DNA of 64,000 nt from NCBI GenBank assembly GCA_044344255.1, contig JBIJDH010000010.1, forward strand, positions 96,001 to 160,000, given 5' to 3'. Source of the stretch: Myxococcota bacterium (GTDB taxonomy: Bacteria > Myxococcota_A > UBA796 > UBA2385). Both the position numbers and the translations under genes were made by a program. Shown here piece by piece: positions 56,927 to 64,000 of this stretch. Every line of letters starts with the position of its first letter. The first letter of the stretch is position 1. The notes beneath the pieces are model-generated. The model was not told the origin of the DNA. It saw only the letters and a program-made list of their open reading frames with translations, and did not search any database.

Positions 56927-59743
56927 TCAGTTTCGAATCTTCGCCGTGAGCTCGTAGGTGCCGAGGTCTTCTCCGCCGCCCACGATCAGCAGGTAACGCT
57001 GGCCGCCCTGCAGGTTCTTGTCGATGTAGGCCTCTTCGCCTGAAGCGGAGGTGCGTCCACCGAGGTTGTGCGCCCGGTCGTAGTAGGACTCCTCGTCGTC
57101 ATCGCGCTCGTCGTTGTCAAAGACGTTCGAGCCCGCCAACACGAAGGCGCTCAAGTCGCCGCCGGCCAAGGTGCACTGCTCCACCTGCACCTGCTGAAGG
57201 AAGGTGCCGGGTTGAGGCTCGTCTTCATCGAGGACACCATCGCTGTCCCAGTCGGTGGAGCAGTCGGTGGGCTCATCGGAGGCGATGCCACAGGGGTCGA
57301 AGCTGGCGGTCGGGTCGGCGCCGGTGTCTGCCTCGGCTTCCGTGGTGGCGCTGTCGAGAGGCGTGGGCGAGAGGAACACCTGATAGTAGAGATGTTCGAG
57401 GATCGACGAAGGATAAGCGAAGTCATCCCCCCCGCCGCTGCAGGTCGCCCTACGCGTGTCGGAGACGGTCGGCGTGGGGACCCAGGCCTCCGGCACCAGC
57501 GCGAGCCAGGGGTCTTCCAGGCCGACCTCGCCGTCCAGGCCGTCGTAGTGGCGATCGAGGTGGACCGAGACCCGCACCGAGTCCGAGAGGGAGTAGGCGC
57601 TGAGGTCGATCAGCCAGCGGTCGGTGTCGTAGACCTTGCCCACGGTGTCGTCCACATCCTCACCCGCGGTGACGATCGTGGTGCTCGCCGGGGACTTGAT
57701 CTCTCCGATGCCAAAGACGGCGGAGCCGTCAGCCGGCAGCTCGGGCAGGGCCGTGGACTCCGCGGCCGCCGAGGAGAAGCTGGCCTCCTTCACCCAGTCG
57801 ACCGTCGTCGGGTCACTCCACCGAACCACGGCGACCTTGTAGCCGAAGTTCGAGGCCTGCACCTCGAGGGCGCCCACGTCGTAGGGGATGCCCGTCAGCC
57901 GCACCACCTGTGCCCCGTAGCCGCCAGCGACCGCCCCGAAGAAGGGGAAGCCCGCGACCATGGTGAGGGGATCGGTGTGCTGCAAGAGGACGCGGTTCGC
58001 CTCGAGCTCGGAGGGCTCGCTGGTGGTGCCGCCCTGCATGTAGTAGTTGTAGCCACCCACATCGACGCCGGTCTGGTACCCATTGGCGCCGTAGAGGTCT
58101 CCGGGGCTCGGCGCGCTCGTGGGCGCGGTGATGAAGGTGGAGTCCCCGTAAGGGGGGTAGAGGTCGGTGGCGACGAGGGGGTCCCCATCGGTGTTGGTGA
58201 TCCCCGTGGTCAGCAGCGCGATCTGCCAGTTCAGGACCGCGGAGTCGAAGTCCATGTCGGGGTTGAAGGCCTTGAGGCCGGCCGCGACGTTGTCCTTGCC
58301 CGTGTTCCCCGAGGGCGCGAGGTAGCTCTGCACGATCTCGAGGCCGTAGACGTCGGCAAGGTAGCGGACGAAGAGGTACTGGGCGCCCCAGGACTTGGTG
58401 TTGATGTCGTCCACCTCCTCCTCGTCGACGAGGGTGACGAGGTGGGAGGCGTCCATGTAGTCCCAGACGTCGTCGTAGTAGGCGGCGCCGAAGCCGCAGA
58501 GGTCAGCGGCGAGCGCGCCGAGGCCCTCGCGGAGCCACACCGACTCGTCCTCCTCACCCTCCCAATACAGCACGTGGATGTTGTAGGAGATCAAGCGCTG
58601 GAAGGAGCGGGCGATCTGCGCCGAGAGCTCCATGCTGGCGTACTCATCGACCGTGGCGGTGCCGAGGCCGTTGTAGAAGCCGTAGGGATCGGGCGCGAAG
58701 ACGTAGATGACCTCTTGCTCGTCGCTGCCGGGGTTCTCCTCGGCGTCGTACTCGGTGAGGTCCACTGCAGGCTCGACGTAGGACTTCACGATCAGACCGC
58801 GGTCGTCTTCATCTTCGGCGGAGAGCGCCATCGCGTTCAGCACGGGGGTGATGACCACGCTCACCCGCCCGTCGGCGTTGATGTCAGACTCGTAGACCGG
58901 ATCCTCGGAGTCCTGGATGCCGAAGTAGGTGCGCACGTTGGGGACGATGTTGGTGTCGACCACCTCGGCGACGGTAGCCAGGTCACAGTTGTCAAAGCCG
59001 TAGGCATCCTGGACAGCCGGCACGTCGATGATGCCGTCGCACTCGTAGTCCCAGTCGATCGGCACATCCACGTCCACCCAGATCGCCACGGAGTCGCCGA
59101 GCCCCCAGAGCTGCGCGAAGACGCGGTCGTACTGGGAGTCGTCGGTGAGCGAGTTGCGGACGCGGAACTCCGTGCGGGCCGAGCCGATGTCACTCTCGGA
59201 GAGCGTGGGCGGCGGCGGCGGCCCAGCAGGGCGGGCGAGCTCGTGGCTCCGGACCCGATCTTCGAGCATCAGCCGCGACTCGCTCCGCTCTCCCTTCGGC
59301 TTGGAGACCGCGGGGCGCGGCCGCCCGGCGGCGAAGGGGGGCGCGGCGCCCGTGTCCTCCGGGAGAGAGGAGCCTCGATAGTAGAGCTCGTACCCGAGGG
59401 ACTCCTCCCCCGTGTTCACCATGATGTAGTAGAACTCCTGGCCTTGGTTGGAGTCGCCGCTGGAGTCGCCGAGCTCGACGGTGACGAGGCCCTCTTCGTC
59501 GGCGGTGGTGGCGATATCACCCGGCTCATCGAAGTAGCCGACCGCCCCGCCGCCGGTGTCGCCGGGGGCGACGCCGGTGTCATCGGTGGGATCGGAGGTG
59601 TCGTCGCCGCTGCCGTCTCCGCCGCCGCCGCCCCCGTTCCCGATGCCGAACTTCGGATCGCCCTCGCCGTTCCCGCAGCCCGCGGCGAGCGTGAGGAGCA
59701 CCAACTGGAGCGCCAGATGCGGGTTCAGCAGCGGTCGGGTCAT
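56927..59743 (-). CDS. Large acidic lipoprotein with M30/M6-like metallopeptidase fold lacking HEXXH
   Basis: Lipobox AAGC; FG...DIN.DG.V.V, S...EVIY, RSFQR...W.REGL..LA, SWG..YLF..YL. Confidence 0.75.
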   Translation of the reverse strand: MTRPLLNPHLALQLVLLTLAAGCGNGEGDPKFGIGNGGGGGGDGSGDDTSDPTDDTGVAPGDTGGGAVGYFDEPGDIATTADEEGLVTVELGDSSGDSNQGQEFYYIMVNTGEESLGYELYYRGSSLPEDTGAAPPFAAGRPRPAVSKPKGERSESRLMLEDRVRSHELARPAGPPPPPTLSESDIGSARTEFRVRNSLTDDSQYDRVFAQLWGLGDSVAIWVDVDVPIDWDYECDGIIDVPAVQDAYGFDNCDLATVAEVVDTNIVPNVRTYFGIQDSEDPVYESDINADGRVSVVITPVLNAMALSAEDEDDRGLIVKSYVEPAVDLTEYDAEENPGSDEQEVIYVFAPDPYGFYNGLGTATVDEYASMELSAQIARSFQRLISYNIHVLYWEGEEDESVWLREGLGALAADLCGFGAAYYDDVWDYMDASHLVTLVDEEEVDDINTKSWGAQYLFVRYLADVYGLEIVQSYLAPSGNTGKDNVAAGLKAFNPDMDFDSAVLNWQIALLTTGITNTDGDPLVATDLYPPYGDSTFITAPTSAPSPGDLYGANGYQTGVDVGGYNYYMQGGTTSEPSELEANRVLLQHTDPLTMVAGFPFFGAVAGGYGAQVVRLTGIPYDVGALEVQASNFGYKVAVVRWSDPTTVDWVKEASFSSAAAESTALPELPADGSAVFGIGEIKSPASTTIVTAGEDVDDTVGKVYDTDRWLIDLSAYSLSDSVRVSVHLDRHYDGLDGEVGLEDPWLALVPEAWVPTPTVSDTRRATCSGGGDDFAYPSSILEHLYYQVFLSPTPLDSATTEAEADTGADPTASFDPCGIASDEPTDCSTDWDSDGVLDEDEPQPGTFLQQVQVEQCTLAGGDLSAFVLAGSNVFDNDERDDDEESYYDRAHNLGGRTSASGEEAYIDKNLQGGQRYLLIVGGGEDLGTYELTAKIRN

Positions 59744-59986
59744 GATCTCTCCTGGCACGGGCGCGTCTCGAGCCCCACCAAGCGACCCGCCTCGCGGTCG
59801 ATCGGATCAGGGCAGAGCACAGGTATACCAACGCAGCGTACACCATCGCGGAGACCGTCGCCCGGCGGGTGGGCACCCTCCACCCGGCGAAAGGAGGCTG
59901 GCCGATCCCTCTCCGTGGCGCGTCCCCGCCCAGGGCTCGGCGCGTTCCCCGATCGGAAGCTGCCGATCACCGCGCCGGCACCCAAG

Positions 59987-60002
59987 TGTTCGACGTGGAA
60001 CA
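59987..60002. promoter_or_regulatory. parS-like centromere site
   Basis: TGTTCGACGTGGAACA, one mismatch from the palindrome TGTTCCACGTGGAACA; intergenic. Confidence 0.7.
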
Positions 60003-60022
60003 TCCTCCTCGGGCGGACCCGA

Positions 60023-61996
60023 TCAGGGGGTGGCGCAGGCGGCGGCGCAGTCCACCGCCAGGCCCTGTGCGGCCTGAAGCTCGCAAGCCTCACAGGCCGA
60101 TCCTTCGGGACCGCCGGGATCGAGGGCGGAGCGGGAGCGCTGGAGCTCGAGGCGCAGCAGGCCGGAGAGCTCGGCCTGCTCTTCGCTCTTCCGACCGGTG
60201 AGGTCGCGACGCTCGAGGGGATCGAGACTGCGGTCGTAGAGCTCCACGGCGCGCAGCCCCCGGGGGTTAGCCTCGCCGGCTTGGATGTAGGTCCAGCCGA
60301 GGCGCCGGATGGAGGCCAGGGCCTGCCCCTCGGCGCCCTGCTCGGCCACCGCGGTGCGGGAGAGGAGGTCGAGATCGAGGGTCGTGGAGAGCTCTCCACG
60401 TGAGGCCGCGTTCCAGGCCTCGATCGCCTGGAGCTGCTCCTCGCTCAAGAGTGACTCTCCCTGCCAGGAGGGGGGCGCGGGCGCACCGGCGACGCCCACG
60501 AGGGTGGGGGCGAGGTCGATCAAGCGCACCGACCAGGGGACGCCGACGCCGCCAAAGCGCTGGCCGGGCAGCTTCAAGAGCAGGGGGACGTGGACCTGCT
60601 CGTCGTAGAGCGTGTCTCCGTGCCCCCAGCCGCCGTGATCGCCGAGCTCTTCGCCGTGATCGGCGGTGAGGACGAGCAGCGTGTCTTCATAGGCGCCCTC
60701 CGCCTGGAGCCATCCGACGAAGGCGCCGACCTCGCGATCCACGACGCGGACCTCGGCGGCGTAACGGGCGCGCCCCGCCGCCGCGGCGTCGGAGTCTGGG
60801 AGCGGCGCCCAGGCCGGCGGCGCCGACGGCCCGGCCCCCTCGGCCCCCTCAGCCCCCAGGTTGGGCGCGTGGGGCTCCATCAGGTGGACCACCAGCAGGT
60901 AGCGGTTCCCCGCCGCGCGGTTCGCGCTCACATAGCCCCGGGCCCGTTCGAGCACGACGTCAGCCGGCTGATAGTGCTCGTTCACCCGACCTTCATCGTC
61001 TCCGATCCACCGTCGGAACGGGCCTGACCAGCGGGCGTAGAGGCTGAGCTGCGCCGCGCTCTCGGTGGCCCAGAGCGGGTAATCCGGGTTCTGAAAAGAG
61101 AAGTAGTCGAAGCCCTGCTGGAGGTTGAAGGCGCGCGTGAGATCGGCGTGGTTGGGCAGACCCCCGGTGGCGTAGCCGGCCTCCCGGAGGACCTCCGCCA
61201 GGGTGTCGACGCTGTCGGGGAGCCCCGCCTCGGTGGACATGCAGCCGTGCCCCGAGGGCAGGAGGCTCGTGAACAGCGAGGCGAAGGCAGCGCGGGTCGA
61301 GGTCGCCGGGCTGTACGCGGCCTCGAAGCGCAGCGCGTCCTGGGCGAGGCGGTCGATGTTCGGGCTCAGGCTGCCGTCGGGCCCACCCTGCCCCACATGA
61401 TCGGCCCGCAGCGAGTCGACCACGATGAGCACCACGTCGGGGCCCTGAAGCTCTGCACGCGGCCGGTCGGGAACCATCACCCCGTCCCCCGGGCCCTCCT
61501 TGGGCGCGAAGGAGAAGAGCGCGGCGAGCCCCACCATGGAGGCCCAGGCCGCGGCGGTGCCCTTTGGCCGCAGCATCACCTTGAGCGGCGTCCGGGTGAG
61601 GAAGATCGGACCGAGCCAGAGCCCGAGGAGGGAGAGGGCGGCGAAGACCCCAATCATCACGAGGTGACCGCCGAGCGGTACACCGCCGCCGAGGTAGACG
61701 AGGCGGTCGGCCACCCGGTCGGTCACCCAGAGGCCCAGCATCAGGGCCACCCCGAGGGCGCTGAGGGTCCACGCGAGGGCGTCGGGGAGGGTTCGCCAGA
61801 CGAGGCCGATCAGCGCGAGGCCGAAGCCCAAGCAGGCGCCGAGCGCGGCCCCGAACCCGCCGTAGAGCACAGCCCCATAGAGGAGAGCTTGGTACTCGCC
61901 GGTGTTGGCGGCGGTGAGCACGAAGAGCGCCTCACCGAGCCCCACGAAGGAGCCCGCGATCAGGCCCCCGGCGAGGCCGAACCAGGGCCGCGTCAA
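60023..61996 (-). CDS. Membrane-anchored sulfatase-like/alkaline-phosphatase-superfamily protein
   Basis: About 5 N-terminal TMs; VLIVVDSLRAD, SPNID, STRAAFASLFT, H.MEPH.P, TADHGE, HVPL. Confidence 0.88.
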   Translation of the reverse strand: MTRPWFGLAGGLIAGSFVGLGEALFVLTAANTGEYQALLYGAVLYGGFGAALGACLGFGLALIGLVWRTLPDALAWTLSALGVALMLGLWVTDRVADRLVYLGGGVPLGGHLVMIGVFAALSLLGLWLGPIFLTRTPLKVMLRPKGTAAAWASMVGLAALFSFAPKEGPGDGVMVPDRPRAELQGPDVVLIVVDSLRADHVGQGGPDGSLSPNIDRLAQDALRFEAAYSPATSTRAAFASLFTSLLPSGHGCMSTEAGLPDSVDTLAEVLREAGYATGGLPNHADLTRAFNLQQGFDYFSFQNPDYPLWATESAAQLSLYARWSGPFRRWIGDDEGRVNEHYQPADVVLERARGYVSANRAAGNRYLLVVHLMEPHAPNLGAEGAEGAGPSAPPAWAPLPDSDAAAAGRARYAAEVRVVDREVGAFVGWLQAEGAYEDTLLVLTADHGEELGDHGGWGHGDTLYDEQVHVPLLLKLPGQRFGGVGVPWSVRLIDLAPTLVGVAGAPAPPSWQGESLLSEEQLQAIEAWNAASRGELSTTLDLDLLSRTAVAEQGAEGQALASIRRLGWTYIQAGEANPRGLRAVELYDRSLDPLERRDLTGRKSEEQAELSGLLRLELQRSRSALDPGGPEGSACEACELQAAQGLAVDCAAACATP

Positions 61997-62883
61997 CGTG
62001 CGCCGTAGACGAGCTGATCGAACATCGCCAACGACTCACCACCCGTGAAGTCGATGACCGCCCCATTGAACCAGCGGCCGTGCGGGCCCGCCAGGAAGCC
62101 CACGAGCTCGGCCACCTCCTCGATGGTGCAGAGGCGGCGGGCCGGCGTCATCGACCGCACCACCGCATCGAGGCGGTCGACCGCCTCGCCCGGGAAGGTG
62201 CGACGAACCGCCTCGGTGACGACCAGCCCGAACTTGACGAGGTTGACTCGATGCCCGAGGGGTCCGAGCTCGACGGCGAGGTGCCGGACGTAACACTCGA
62301 GGGCGGCCTTGCTGGCCGAGACGAGCGCGGCGTTGCGCACCACCGCCTCGGTCATCGGGTTGGTGAGGCCGATCAGGCGTGCACCGGGGGCGAGGAGGTC
62401 GAGCCGCACGAGCTCCGCCGCCCAGTAGACGAAGGAGTGCGCCATCCGGTCGAAGGTCTTCTCGAACTGTCGCGGGTGCAGGGGCGCCGCGCCGACCGCG
62501 AGGGGGCCCACCGCCGCGCTCGCGATGGAGTGCACGAAGAGGCCGACCGACCGCGGGCCAGCGAGCTCGAGGAGGCGCTGGGCCCCGAGCGCCGCGGCCT
62601 CCGCGCTGCCGGCGTCGGCCTCCCACAGGGCGACCTCACGTCCGCCGCCGCGAAGGTCCGCCACCAGGCCCGCGGCGAGCTCGGGCCAGGAGCCCCGATG
62701 GACGCCAAAGACGTTGAAGCCATGACGCAAGGCCACGACGCGGGCGATCCCCGCGCCCGTCCCCGAAGACGCGCCGAGGATGACCGCCCAGGGCGCGCCC
62801 ACTGCAGGCGCCTCGGCCGCCGCTGCAGGCGCCTCGGCCGAAGGGGTCGAGGGGGTCGAGGGGGTCGAGGGGGTGAGAGTCAT
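61993..62883 (-). CDS. Enoyl-ACP reductase-like SDR (FabI/FabL-like)
   Basis: ILGASSGTG, FVHSIA, SKAALE..VR.LAVELG..G.RVN, D.GE. Confidence 0.85.
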   Translation of the reverse strand: MTLTPSTPSTPSTPSAEAPAAAAEAPAVGAPWAVILGASSGTGAGIARVVALRHGFNVFGVHRGSWPELAAGLVADLRGGGREVALWEADAGSAEAAALGAQRLLELAGPRSVGLFVHSIASAAVGPLAVGAAPLHPRQFEKTFDRMAHSFVYWAAELVRLDLLAPGARLIGLTNPMTEAVVRNAALVSASKAALECYVRHLAVELGPLGHRVNLVKFGLVVTEAVRRTFPGEAVDRLDAVVRSMTPARRLCTIEEVAELVGFLAGPHGRWFNGAVIDFTGGESLAMFDQLVYGAR

Positions 62884-62897
62884 GGATTCGGGCGCGC

Positions 62898-63647
62898 TTA
62901 TCTGCCCCTTCGCAGAGAGTCCAGCAGCGACTGTACCCGCCCGACGACGAGGGCGTGGGCCCTCTGGAGGCCCTCTCGATCGGCGGGATCCGAGACCGGC
63001 AGGTCGGCGAGGCGGATCGGCGCGCCGATGCGACAGCGCACCCGCACCGGGAGGGGCAGCGCCAGCGGCCAGAGCCCGGTGAGCCCGAGGCCGAACCACA
63101 CCGGGACACCCTCCTTCACGCCGAGGCGCTTCCCGAGCCTGTATCCGTCATTGAGGCCGATGAAGGCGTCGTCGGCGCCGTCGGAGGCGACCGGGAAGAT
63201 GTCCAGGCCGTAGCGGAGCGCGAGGCGAATATATCCGGTTCTACGCCCCCAGTTCACCTCGTAGCGGTGCCGGTGGCTGCGACAGCCCTCCGCCGTTCCG
63301 CCCGGTGTCACGATCACATGCTCCCTCCGCGCCAGGAGCGCCGCCAGCGCAGGGCCATCCCCCGAGACAAAGCCGAGGTCGCTCATGACCCGCCGGCTGC
63401 GCGCGTCGCCCTCGAAGGCCGCGTGAACGATGGGGTGCGGCAGATAGCCGAGCCGCTCCGCCAGCACGTTCTGCATCATGCAGAGGTCGTGGGCGATGGG
63501 GCGGCCATGGTAGCCGACCAGCAGCACCGCCCGATCCCGAGGCAGCGCTTCGTCCCCCTCGAGGGTGAAGCGGTGCCAGCGCCGCATGAGCTCCCACCAG
63601 CCGAGCCAGGCCCGCGCCTCTGGGCAGACGCCCTCGGGGATCTTCAC
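62898..63647 (-). CDS. Lysophospholipid/DGAT2-like acyltransferase
   Basis: LLVGYH.....D, PGG..E, R.G.IRLAL..G..I.PV. Confidence 0.88.
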   Translation of the reverse strand: MKIPEGVCPEARAWLGWWELMRRWHRFTLEGDEALPRDRAVLLVGYHGRPIAHDLCMMQNVLAERLGYLPHPIVHAAFEGDARSRRVMSDLGFVSGDGPALAALLARREHVIVTPGGTAEGCRSHRHRYEVNWGRRTGYIRLALRYGLDIFPVASDGADDAFIGLNDGYRLGKRLGVKEGVPVWFGLGLTGLWPLALPLPVRVRCRIGAPIRLADLPVSDPADREGLQRAHALVVGRVQSLLDSLRRGR

Positions 63648-64000
63648 GGGGAGCCCTCCCCCGCTGCGCCAGGCGCGGTCCGGTAGAGGACCGCCCCCCG
63701 CGAGGTGCCCGCTCCGACGGCGACGAAGAGCAGCCGCGCACCCGGCCCGACCGCGCCGCTGCGCCAGAGCTGATCGAGGGCGAGGGGCACGCTGGCCGCG
63801 CCCGTGCTGCCGACCCCATCCACCACCGCCGTGGCCCGCTCGGGCGAGAGCCCCACCGCCTCGCAGAAGGCCAGCAGCAGGGGCCCGTTCGGCTGATGCG
63901 GGAGGAAGAAGTCCACGTCGGAGGCCGTGAAGCCGGAGGCGCCAAACACCGCGGCCACCGAGCGCTGGACGTCTCCGATCGCGTACTCGGCGATGGTGCC
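63644..64000 (-). CDS. 3-oxoacyl-ACP synthase III (FabH-like) C-terminus, truncated by window
   Basis: DVD.FLPHQPN, G.T.AASVPLALD, G..LL..AVGAG. Confidence 0.85.
   Translation of the reverse strand, partial: GTIAEYAIGDVQRSVAAVFGASGFTASDVDFFLPHQPNGPLLLAFCEAVGLSPERATAVVDGVGSTGAASVPLALDQLWRSGAVGPGARLLFVAVGAGTSRGAVLYRTAPGAAGEGSP

Noticed and set aside
57068..60403. 1111-aa plus-strand ORF
   Set aside because: Antisense shadow of the lipoprotein gene

Overview
GC-rich bacterial chromosome segment, most consistent with an uncultured Myxococcota/deltaproteobacterial lineage (inference from AgmX/PglI, MopE-repeat and FGE-domain lipoproteins and the rpoBC sequences). The core block (40-54.7 kb, minus strand) is tRNA-Thr-Tyr-Gly-Thr, tuf, secE, nusG, rplKAJL, rpoB and rpoC. 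RpoC carries an unusual ~200-aa insertion, and rpmG/tRNA-Trp are absent between tuf and secE. The first 33 kb is mixed metabolic and envelope content: a di-heme cytochrome c, slyX, monomeric icd, a dCache-HAMP sensor with no output domain translationally coupled to a pentameric ligand-gated ion channel, a desaturase, a FadL-type porin, many lipoproteins, a TetR/MDR pair, cobQ and a broken cobB. The region from 33 to 40 kb is a rearrangement scar with ISAs1 and IS3 remnants, a split vapBC module and a 108-bp decayed copy of an internal rpoC segment. The last 9 kb holds an inactive-looking metallopeptidase lipoprotein/site-2 protease operon, a parS-like palindrome, and a lipid operon (KASIII, acyltransferase, SDR, sulfatase-like) with non-canonical active sites. 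No CRISPR array, rRNA or prophage was seen. All family calls are by motif recognition; no database searches were run.
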